Shown piece after piece: positions 26,340 to 37,439 of a stretch of DNA of 64,000 nt. Origin of the DNA: Eledone cirrhosa (Eukaryota). The DNA is taken from the NCBI GenBank assembly GCA_964016885.1, contig OZ024740.1:30442001-30506000 (forward strand), in the 5' to 3' direction. The translations under genes were made by a program, and so were the position numbers. The notes under the pieces are model-generated. The model saw only the letters and a list, made by a program, of their open reading frames with translations, was not told the origin of the DNA and did not search any database. Within the stretch, counting starts at the first letter, position 1, and every line of letters begins with the position of its first letter.

Positions 26340-28084
26340 TACACATGTAAAATTATATTAAATGTTATAGCACTAATTTAAAACATGAAACATGTATGTT
26401 TGTATGTAAAAATATATCAGAATCATTGAAATCTGAAGACAATAACTAATGTAAGATGTATGTAGAATATAATGTGTGTGTCTGTGTGTCATCATCATCA
26501 TCATAATCATCATCGTCACCGTTTTACGTCAATGTTTCCACATTAGCATGGGTTAGACGGGTTGTCCTGTTGTGGGCAATGCCAGGTCAAGTGACCATGT
26601 CTTGCTCATATAGAACTGATTTTGGCTCAGTTTCTACAGCTGGATGCCCTTCCAACCACATTTACAGTGAGTACTGGGTGCTTTTTTACTGTGTCTCCTA
26701 CATGACTACTTTACAGTGTGGACTGGGTGCTTTTTGCCGTGACACCTACACAACCACTTTACAGTGTGGATTGGGTGCTTTTTGTCGTGACACCTCCACG
26801 ACCACTTTACAGTGGGAAGGGCATGGCGGCATACTGTCTATATGCTTCAGCTTCAGCTTGTACCCATGGGAAGTCGGGTCTTCTGTATTACTGTGTAATG
26901 CCAGAGGTCTCGGTCCTGTGATTATTAATACAAATCATTTTATATATCAAACACTAAACTAAGTTGTCTGACTTGATCTTTTAATTTTTTCTTTAAAGTT
27001 AGCTTTTCACTAGGTTAAAAATTGCAACCTCATTCTTTTCAGGAATAGTATATCTATGTTGCAACAATGTATTTGTTTTGCAAGGTTTTTGATATGAAAT
27101 TGCATGTTGAGAAACTAACTTTACATTTATATTTTTAACTGTTGGTCAGTCAATGATAAACATTGATTATAGCTAAATTATTTATAGAAATATAAAAATA
27201 TATACTGAAGCAAAGACCAAATCAAAGAGTGAGGATGTTTTACTATTTTTTCTGGCAATATTAGAACATGACACACCCCAAATATATCTATGTCTACATT
27301 ATTTAATGTATCCTTCCTTATTTTTTAAATTAGCGGTGTGTAATTTGAGGGAGATTGGGTTGCTATTTCTTGCAGGCCAAGTGACTGTATAGAAGTTTCC
27401 AATGTATTTATGAAATTATTCTTCTTGTCGTGTCCACAAGAGTGTCAGTTACAAAGCTTGGCTAGATGTGGTTCCGCCACAGCTGAACACATTACTGTCC
27501 TTTCCCATTAAACTCTGCCAAGTCCAATGTTGTGCAGAGGTGTTCCAGCAGGGGGCCTTTATGAAATGAGGGACAATCATTTGATGAGTTTCGTGTTGAC
27601 GTGGCCGACTTCTTAGTGGCAAAGTTACAGTAATATCACCCACATTTTTCTAGTGTGTCGATAAGTAAAGCAATCATAAATTCCTCCTATGTATCCAGCT
27701 ATTTACCAGTACATTGTTTGTTTGTTTACTGACACCAGTCCAGGCCTACATTAACAAAACATGGGTGTGAACACTGAATACCTGGCATGACTTCACTCAG
27801 TCATTTCTTTTTCAATGCTTTTTTTTATTGTCATATTCAGTGAACCCTTTCATAATCGCATTTCTAATGAAATATACCCTAGTTTAATTAATGAAGAATG
27901 TTGTGTCATTTACTAAAATTATTAATTATTTCTATACTTTGGGAGGGTCATGTTGCCAATAAGAAACACACGCACCAGTTGCTTTCACTTCAATTTAATT
28001 TAATATATATTTATAAATTTACAAATTTATAAATTTCTGGTTGGTTGGTTGGTTCCACAACCAGATAGTTGTTTATATATATAT

Positions 28085-28129
28085 AGTCATAGTTCTTTCG
28101 TCACACACTCTGTGACCTCTTCAGTGACT
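28085..28129 (-). ncRNA. Minimal type I hammerhead ribozyme in a Penelope-like pLTR
   Basis: Minus strand AGTCA-CTGAAGA-G-GTCAC-AGAGTGT-GTGAC-GAAA-GAAC-TA-TGACT: perfect 5-bp stems I and II, conserved core, CUA site. Confidence 0.85.
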
Positions 28130-29045
28130 GGGGATTTCTTTCTTCGTTTCTGTGCCTTTCCTTTCTTCTATCCTACGCCATTTTGTTTGTGTGTGGGTTG
28201 CGTGCTCAGTTTGCGCATGCGCCACATCCGGGTGTCTGTGTGTGTTTGTGTTCATTTTTCTATTTTTCTATTAATATTTGTTTGTTTATTTATTTATTTA
28301 TTGTTGGTTGGTTGTTTGTTCTATGTGTGTGTGTGTTTTCATTTTGTCTTGTGTGTTTTCATTTTGTGTGTGTTTTCAATTGTAAGTTGTTTGTTCTATG
28401 TGTGTGTGTGTTTTTATTTTGTCCTTAATTGTAAGTTGTGATGTTGCTGTTCCACTCATATTTTCTATTTAATTTTGGTTTTAATTCTTTTATGCTTACT
28501 GCCTCTGTAATTTGCCTAAACATTGCGTCTTTCTTGTGTGTGGATTCTATTTTTATTTCTATGCTCTCTAATTTACCCCTGTGTTCTATCTTAGCATGTT
28601 GGTAGAGCACAGATGATTCTTTACTATCTTGGAGGTCTCGCCAGTGTTCATTTATTCGTTCCCCTATACTACGAGCTGTCTCACCTATGTACACTATATT
28701 TTTGTTTCTACATTGTCCCTCAGTACATCTTATGCTATATACTACATTTCTAGTTTTACAGTTAATATGGGGGCTTATTTTACAGGTTATACATTTCTTA
28801 TCTATACATGAGGGTCTTTGGAACGGGTATGTCTTGCTAATAAGTGTTTTTACGGAGGTACCAGGTCTTTCTACTATCTTAATATTGAGATTATGTTTCT
28901 TTAGGGCCCTTCTAAATTTGTAGGCTAGTTCGCCTCTAGGGGTTGTATTGATGAACATTACACTCTGGTATTTATTGCTATCATACCATGAGTTTATTCT
29001 ATTGGCCTTGTTCTTAGTTCTTTCTTAGTTCTTTCTATTCTATTC
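28085..29045 (-). mobile_element. 5'-truncated Penelope-like element: C-terminal GIY-YIG endonuclease (ORF 28958-28425) plus pLTR
   Basis: C..C.C...NVVYSIRC...YIGETARSIGERINEH...H...H...RQITEA...LN GIY-YIG motifs; downstream hammerhead and (TA)n. Confidence 0.9.
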
Positions 29046-29939
29046 TAATTATTTCATTATTAAGTTAGTAACTTAACCCTTCCATAACCACATTTCTAAT
29101 GAAATATACCCTGGTTTAATTAATTAATGAAGAATGATGAGGGATTTACTAAAATTATTAGTTATTTCATTACTAAGATAGTAACTTAATATAAGAAGAA
29201 GACTTTAGGAGGGTGTGTATGTATGCGTGTATAGGAGGGTGTGTGTATGTGTGTATAGGAGCTATAGTGTGCTTGCAGCATGGATGAATGGTTAAGACGT
29301 TCAATTTGTAATCATTAAGTCCTGGGTTTGATCCCACTCTGTAACATCTTGAACAAGTGTTAGTTACTATAAATTTGGATCAACCTAATGCTAACTCTGG
29401 TGAGCGAAACTGAGTAGGTAGAAATTGTTTGGGAGCCCATCAGAGGGATTGTACATGTAAATCAAAGAGCCAGCCTTGTCACAAACTGTGTGACACTGAA
29501 TGACATTAACCCTTTAGCATTCACATTACTCTATATTTACTATTGTATTTTCATGGTAAACTTTATCTCACATAATATCAAATCTACGAGATTTTGATAT
29601 TATTCATTTTGAGAACAATACCTTAACATAAGTATGAGTGGCCCAGTTATGACCGGTTTGAACAGAAAGAGGTGAGAAAATTCTGGCCAGATATGGCCAG
29701 TTTAAATGCTAAAAGATTAAGAATACATACAGCTGTAGAATGTTTAACAATGTACATGTAAATTTTATGAACAGACTGTTTCATTGTTTGAATGACTGGA
29801 TCATTGATTGTTGAAACCAACAGAAGTCCAAGAATGAACTGAGGAGCTATAGTCATCATGGGTAAGCATTTGAAGTGAACATATCAATGAGAGAATACTC
29901 TTTCTTTTTGCAAAACTATGAGATATAAACTTCTTCACT

Positions 29940-30525
29940 CACTTATTCCTGAGAGGATTGTTGGAGGCAAAGTCCTCTAACACTCCCTCCAGTGGTTTCT
30001 GTCAGAAGTAACCATCTCCAACTGATCTGACTGGATCTCCAAGCGAGACCAGCCAAGCTCATGGATGTTATCCAACCATCTTCCTTGGGGTCTGCCCCAG
30101 GGTCTCCTGCCGATTGGTTTTGTTCATAAAATCTGTCCAGTGACACATGCCCATAGTATCGGAGCTGTGATCTCTCAATTCGGAGAAGTAGCGGCTCTAC
30201 CTGGAGTGACTCCCTGATTTCCGAGCTATGCACTTTATCTACTAAAGTTACTCCAAAGACCCTTCGGAAGAACCCCATTTTGGCCACTTGTATTTGCAAT
30301 CATATTATTCTGGTCATTACCCAAGATTCCTGACCATATAATAAGGGTTGGCACGAATACTGAATCGAAGAGTTTGTTTTTTACACCTACCTCCCTTCTT
30401 CTGATTACTGAATGCTGAAGCTGACACATTATTGCACCAGCTCCTGCAATTCTTGTACTTAATTAAGCCTCCTGTCTCCATCACTTGTGAACACAACGCC
30501 GAGATACTTGAATTTCCCCACCTTG
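29940..30525 (-). mobile_element. Degenerate RTE (Rex3/Expander-like) LINE 3' fragment
   Basis: KFKYLGVVFT..., FDSVFVPTL, LLLRIERSQLRYYGHV, with frameshifts. Confidence 0.8.
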
Positions 30526-30924
30526 AGGTATAAGCTCATGATTAAGATTTGAACTCAACATACTGACCTTACAATGGTTCTTCTGCTTCCAGTAGTAAAC
30601 CATATCACTTCTTCGTACATACTGACCTCTGGTAAGTGGGTTTATGAGCTATATGCTATGGCTAAGATCAACAGCTATCTTGAGATGCTGAAGATACATC
30701 CCCATCATAGCTATGTGAAATTAGGTATCATAAATGATTCACAGGTCACAAACTGATACAAGTTAACATGAAGCTATCTGATACCTTACCAACACACTCA
30801 ACTCTATTTCTCATAGTCTATGGAAGTGAAATGTCTAAGTGCATATGGTGTTGGTCTATAAGCCCCAAAGTTTTCAGTTCAAATTCACTGCTGGCCTTTT
30901 ACTGTGTATTTACACATTATATTT

Positions 30925-31650
30925 ACCGTATATGTCGGCGTACAAGTTGAAATTTGGAGCCTAAAATTATCTCCAAATCCAGGGGTCGATTTTTCCGCCA
31001 AATATAAAATGTGAACCTTTCCCACTGAGAGAGAAAACAGTGAAACACTTGTTGTACACCACTTACCATAACTCTAGTAGCCCACCACAATTATTTCCTA
31101 CTGAATCTCATATTTGTTAAGTCTATTTAACGTAGAGATTATAATAATTGTTTCTACTATTAGCACAAGGCCAGCAATTACCCAATACATTACTGGTACT
31201 TTATTTTATCAACCCCGTAAGGATGAAAGGCAAAGTTAACCTCGGCGGGATTTGAACTCAGAATGGCAAGGGCCGTAACTCTATATGTCAAAGCATGGCT
31301 TCCAACCCTCTACCGATACTGCCAATCCACCAATGACTTGCTATAGCTCATAGGGTAGGTTACCATAGGGTAGGTTACTATACGGTAAGTTACCATGGGT
31401 AGGTTATGTTAAGGTAGGTTACCATAGGTTCGTTAAGGTTAGGCTAGGCTGGTTAACTCAGTGTTTATTTCCATGTTTTATATTTTGTGCAAATAAAGAA
31501 TGGCAAATGCATCTACAGCTGAGGAGATGGTACTGCATTATTTTTTGGGGGTCCTCTTATCTGGCAAATATTGACCTAAACCTGAATCACACCTCAGAAT
31601 ATTAGTGGTCGACCTATGCAACAGAATGACTTGTACGCTGGCATATATGA
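30925..31650. mobile_element. Tc1/pogo-type MITE interrupted by a family-2 SINE
   Basis: TA|CCGTATATGTCGGCGTACAAGT ... ACTTGTACGCTGGCATATATGA|TA; internal ggtaggttac-type repeats. Confidence 0.6.
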
Positions 31651-32490
31651 TAATTCTACAAGACTCAGTTTTAGATGTTCTGATGATAGATATAAAAACA
31701 CCAAGAGATGTTACTTGAGATGGACAGCTTTCTATACAGGGGAAGATTTATCTCTCATCCACTGGAGCTAAGGATCAGCCTATAAAAGTTCCTCACAGAT
31801 AAGGTGATATCTTTATAAATTTTGAAACACATACATCAGGACAGACACAAACACACAATGAGCCAATGAGGAAGCCTCTCTGCTTGACTGACTGGAAATA
31901 GCAGCCAAATCTCCTTTAAATTATACCCTAGTGTCTTAACCCTTTAGCATTTACATTACTCTATATTTACTATTGTATTTTCACAATCAACACTTAACCT
32001 CACATATCTCCCATAATATTGAATCTATGAGATTTTGATATTATTTATTTTGAGAACAATACTTTAACATCAGTAAGACCGGCCAGCTACAGCCGGTTTG
32101 AACAGAAAGAGGTGAGAGAATTCTGGCTAGATGCAGCTGGTTTAAATACTAAAGGGTAAACAAAAAAAAGAAATATTGGATAATGTGGTCCTAAATATAC
32201 TTTATCTGAAAAAAAGACCAGAGGGTCATGGATGTAATGTCTTTGATTATAAGTCTGTTCAATCAGGAATGACCTAGGACTAAACAATAACACACACAAA
32301 ACAAGACCACATATACACAAAAAACATAAGTATCAGGAAGCTTAAATTATTATATTATATTTTGTTGTTGCTTTAGACAAAACAGCTAAAAAATCCCAAT
32401 CCCATTAAGTTATATAAGTGTTCCAGTTAAAAAATATTGCCACACCTTCACAGATAAAGAGTATGTATTTTATGTTTAGTACTAATACAA

Positions 32491-33346
32491 ATGTAGCACG
32501 TGCCCTGGTTTCAGGGTGGATTACCCACTTTGGGTACCAACTACAGTCACCACAGACCATGGTAGACAATTCGAGTCCCATCTCTTCTCTGAGCTCACAA
32601 AGATAATTGGAGCTCAACGGATTCGGATCACAGCCTATCATCCTGCTTCAAACGGAATGGTGGAACAATTCCACTGCCAATTAAAGGCCGCTCTTCGCGC
32701 CTATCCAGACTCTCAACGTTGGAGCGAGTACCTTCCTATTGTGTTGTTAGGAATTCAGTCATCAATAAAGGAGGACCTGGGGTTCTCCCCAGCCGAATTA
32801 CTTTACGGTGCTCCTCTAGCGTTGCCTGGGAAAATGCTTACCCCTGTTGATCTTGCTTTCCAAGATCCGCTTTCCTATGTATCCCGTCTGCATTCTTATT
32901 TTCAGGACCTGCCGCCGATAGATACGAGGAAACAAACTGCAAAACCTGCGGTCCCGAGATATATTGCCTCGTGGAACAATGTGTTCGTAAGGAACGATGC
33001 TGTGAGACCACCCCTCACACAACCATACTCTGGACCCTACTCTGTGTTAGCACGTACTGACAAACATTTCACTGTAGACGTTAAGGGGTCCAGAGAGACA
33101 ATTTCGGTGGATAGACTAAAAAGGGCAAATGAGAGAGAGATCTCTAGACAGGAAGTAGCTGGAGTTACTTCCCGTTGGGGTGGCAGAACCCGTTTTGTCA
33201 CTTCCGTCTTGAGACCCTATAAAAGGGATACTCTCTCTCTCATTTGCCCTTTCGGCTGCTGGTCTTTGGCCAGGTGCGTTCGCCGAGTCTCTACTCTCTG
33301 GCAACCCTAACATGGTCTCTTGCGAACTAACTTCAAAACGGTAACA
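32491..33346 (+). mobile_element. Gypsy/Ty3 LTR-retrotransposon fragment: integrase core/GPY-F domain joined to a partial LTR
   Basis: TTDHGRQFES...AYHPASNGMVE...PYSGPY...ISVDRLK; downstream TATAAAAG and terminal GTAACA. Confidence 0.85.
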
Positions 33347-33491
33347 AATAACTTTACTTCATATTTCATCTACTCTTGACATGTCAACAATTCTATACTA
33401 CATATCTTCAACTTGTTAATTAAACTTTATATACACAACCTAGTGTCTTGTTATATTCATACACACCAGTATTTTGTTATACAAATTTAAG

Positions 33492-33916
33492 TACTCTTGA
33501 GTCCCAAATAATAGGGGGTCTGGAATAAGTGGAGGAGTTCAAATAAGAGGAGCGGTTGAAAGATCAGTAACTTTTCTAAGTTGTGTTCGTTGATTTCTTT
33601 AAAACCAGAATTATATGTTTAGTTTACATATTGAAACCCCCAACCCATCTTATTTGTTTTATATTGTACGTGATTTCTAGTAATGTACTTTTTTTGTCAT
33701 GTTTAATGTTTTTTAATGTCTAAAGAAAATGAATTATTGCAGGAATGCTATCACTTAAAATAAAATTTGCTAATCTATCTCCAGCGAAATTTTATTTTAA
33801 GTGGTAGCATTCTGCTGGAGATAGATTAGCAAAATTTAATAAGTGGCAGAAGGTTTTGAAAAAATCAGAAAAATTAATCAACGGGCTGGTGTACAATTAT
33901 TTGAGACCCGAGTGTA
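33492..33916. mobile_element. TA-flanked MITE with internal nested inverted repeats
   Basis: tactcttgagtcccaaataat ... attatttgagacccgagtgta; internal ttgctaatctatctccagc / gctggagatagattagcaa. Confidence 0.55.
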
Positions 33917-35215
33917 TACATTAAAATTGATTCTATAGACCATCCTCTGTATACTGTCTTACTTATAAACTAAATTCAATTTCATTTCCATTCAAAAGAT
34001 CAACAAATAGGTACAATATACATCGTTGCAGAGAAATATGTTAATTGTATATTAAGGGTCATCACCATGGGTGGGGTTCATACACAAACCATGAGAATAC
34101 ACAGCAAACCCCCTCCAATTTTACATATCAAAGTTAGTTTGGTACAAGTAATTGAAAAACTTCTAACCATCCTAAAACTAAAAAGCCCAGCTGAGGGCAC
34201 AAATAAATTACTACGGCCGTCGCTTGTGCCTTGCACCCCACTGCAGGGGACCTGAAGCAATTGTCCCCTTTGCCTTCCATTAAATCCGGCTCTGATTATA
34301 TACCCCCCCCCCCCCCCCCCCGCAGTTGTTGTTCAACCCTTGATTCAGCAGATCAAAGGTATTCCAATCGTATTTAAACAGAAATAGAAGCAGCTTTGAC
34401 ACTACAACGCTATTAGCTGTCAATCGAAGCAGCCGATGAAAGCAAAACATCGTTTATTTCCGTATTACTACCACGCGTAAGTGGAGTTACTTAAATGAAA
34501 TTTTTTTTTTTTTTCACGCGTTTTTTTATTTTTTTTTTTATTAAAGCATATAGATGTAAGTGGAGTTACTTAAATGAAAATATAGGTGACCCTTAAAAGG
34601 GCCAAATTAGAATATACCGCTGCGTTTTTACAGTTTTACTAGTTACACACACACACACACATATATATACACACGGTGTCCCCTCCAAAATATATACACA
34701 CTTTGATTACTTTGCTGTGGAAGTGTGTATACATTTTGGGGGACACTGTGTTTGTATATATATTGGGGGAAGGGAGACATTTTTGGATGCTATACCTGAC
34801 ATAATAAAAAACCAAAATACACCCCTAACATTTGTCGGAATATCAATCACGAGAGTAGATAAATAAATATATAATAACATAAATAAGAAATGATAGAAAA
34901 GGAAAAGAAAATCCCTACATTATATAATATTCCCAGTCACCCCTAAATTTTCCCTAAATTTCAAAACCGGGAGGGAAAAGTCCGAGGGTTAAAATCCCAA
35001 ATGATGGTACCTCAAATACTAGTGTATCCCCTCGCATTACAGTTTAAAGCAATACATATGATCGCTTTGATGACTCTTATTCGTTTCTAAGGGTTTCGTT
35101 TTTTTCTCTTCTTTCTATCATATATATATATATATGTCAAAATCTTTCCCTCTGTCTATCTCTTTCCCTCCCTGTCTATCTTTTGCCATAAAAACGATAA
35201 TGATAATCAATTCAA

Positions 35216-35252
<37 letters not shown>

Positions 35253-35325
35253 GTTATTCCGGGTTGAATCGGAGGTAACCACAGTAAGTAAGGTACTCAA
35301 TACATTGCAGAGTATAAAAGTTTTA

Positions 35326-35429
35326 ATATAGATGAGATTCTACAGGACTAGAACTGTTTCATTCTTTAGAAATCATCAATTCCTGGTGATTTCTAAAGAA
35401 TGAAACAGTTCTAGTCCTGTAGAATCTCA

Positions 35430-35436
<7 letters not shown>
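35326..35436. repeat. Perfect 50-bp inverted repeat (11-nt loop) built from hammerhead-like pLTR ends
   Basis: 35326-35375 is the exact reverse complement of 35387-35436; each arm reads TGA-TTTC-TAAA-GAAT-GAAA-CAGT-TC; related single copy at ~56700-56750. Confidence 0.9.
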
Positions 35437-35478
<42 letters not shown>

Positions 35479-35498
35479 TTATTATTAAAATTAAATAC

Positions 35499-35570
35499 CA
35501 TTTATTCTGCGGCAGAGAGCTTCATCTTCTCCATCATTCGCTCCTCCAGAATCGTAGTACACGTCGTAAT
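35499..35570 (-). other. Candidate first exon of the TMEM160-like gene (ends ATG|gtattt)
   Basis: CpG-retaining non-repeat segment; its terminal ATG is in frame with both acceptors (15744, 15714) of the first coding exon; implies a ~19.7-kb intron. Confidence 0.35.
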
Positions 35571-35589
35571 TGTATGTGTGTGTTTCTGC

Positions 35590-35650
<61 letters not shown>

Positions 35651-35749
35651 GTGTGTATGTGTTTGTGTGTATATGTATATATGTTTCCGATCGCCACTCT
35701 CGCCCTTCGTGAGGAGAATGCTGTCTACATATTCACATATTTAGAGGGA

Positions 35750-36404
35750 ATATCACGTGAACGTAATAACGTGACAAATCGCATTATTCTTTCAAAAGGA
35801 ATAGTTTGGCGCCATTTTTCTTTCAAAAGGAAATGTTTGGCGCCAAAATTCTCTCAGTGTTGTCTGAAGCTGAGGAACCGGGGTGTCAACAGCTTACTGG
35901 TGAAACAGATCTCTTTGGATTTGTACGTGTGTTATATAGTTATAGAGGTATTTATTTACGCTTTAATTTATATTTTTAATATCTCTCTCTATTGTGTAAC
36001 CTTTTCAACATATTGTATTTTAAAGAGCTCAGGATTTCTTCTCCTTTGAGCACATTATTTACAGGGAATGGCTCCGTTAATTTATCGTGATATTTCGCTC
36101 CTTATAACAGTCTTTCCTATCCCTCTGTTTGGTTGAGCACACTTCTCTGAGTGGTTTTGGGCTGCCCTTTCTAGCAGCTCGTCCCTCAGAAGCCACTGGT
36201 TCACTGCCCTTAAACACGCTGTGACTTCTCTCTCCCACGTGTAGCTGGACAGTTACTTTTAAAATTCTTAGTGTCTGAAATGTATAGCCTTATACACGCT
36301 CCATTTCTGTCAACAACTTACTGGCGAAACAGATCTCTTTGGATTTGTACGTGTGTTATATAGTTATAGAGGTATTTATTTACGCTTTAATTTATATTTT
36401 TAAT
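35750..36404 (+). mobile_element. Penelope-like/retrozyme-like unit: promoter motifs, hammerhead-like motif and 96-bp direct repeat
   Basis: 35885-35980 repeated at 36309-36404; CTGAGGA-ACCGG...CTGGT-GAAA-CAGATC-TC at 35870-35913; inverted fragment at ~37085-37145. Confidence 0.5.
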
Positions 36405-37317
36405 TATCGTGTCTATAGTCTGCCTTTCATAGGTTATAGATTCCATACACTGGTGGTTTTTACTTGTTTATTATTATAACCCGCTGAGGTTAACTTTGCC
36501 TTTCATCCTTATGGGGTCGATAAAATAAAGTACCAGTAATACACTGAGTAATTGCTGGCCTTGTGCCAAAGTAGAAACAATTATAATAAAACTCCGGATA
36601 AACATAAACTGTTGAGTGTAAAGAGTCGGCAGATTTTCAATCAACCAACTTTCCTTAGTTGAATAAATATATGTATGTATATATATATATATATATACGT
36701 ATATTTTCTTTAATATTGCAACATTAAAGGGATATATCCTTCTGAAAGAATCGTGAGCAATTTATAATGTTATTTAAGCATTGGTAATGTTATTTATGTA
36801 TATATTTAAAACATATTTGCTGTTATTCTACTGTAAATTTATTTATATGCTTTTTATATATTATATATACACAAATAATGAATCTGTATATTAAAACATC
36901 GTTTGTAGTATTCAATCAGTTTATTGAACAACTAGAATGCTCATCGTCAAGTACTTTATATATATATACATGTGTGTGTGTGTGTATGTATGTATGAATC
37001 TATATATATGTATGTATATCTATATATATGTGTGTGTGTGTATTATATATATGCGTGTATGTATATATATGCATATATATATATGAAGATAAATTAACGG
37101 AGCCATAGTCGCGTTATTCCCTGTAAATTATGTGCTCAAAGGGAAAGGAATACTATACATATTGTATATGTATATATATATATATATGCATGTATATATA
37201 TGTATATGTGTATATATATGCATGTATATGTGTATTTGTATATATGTATATGTGTGTATGTATGTATATATGTGTATTTGTATATATGTATATGTGTGTA
37301 TGTATGTATATATATGA

Positions 37318-37391
<74 letters not shown>

Positions 37392-37439
37392 ATATATATA
37401 TAGATCTAATCTGAATTTTATAGATGTAATCTGAATAGT

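Noticed and set aside
27449-27650. Exon of another minus-strand gene (ORF 27449-27643)
   Set aside because: No recognisable homology, weak acceptor and no partner exons found
29776-29861. Plus-strand exon (acag|...|gtaagc)
   Set aside because: Stops in all three frames and no supporting neighbours; could only be non-coding
35750-35850. Stand-alone E2F/CHR promoter of a plus-strand cell-cycle gene
   Set aside because: The motifs lie within a repeat unit with a hammerhead-like motif and direct repeats; no convincing plus-strand first exon follows
37130-37414. YI/CV-rich ORFs here and at 2433, 18308-18770, 35118-36049, 58038-58317
   Set aside because: Translations of (TA)n, (CA)n and (TATG)n microsatellites
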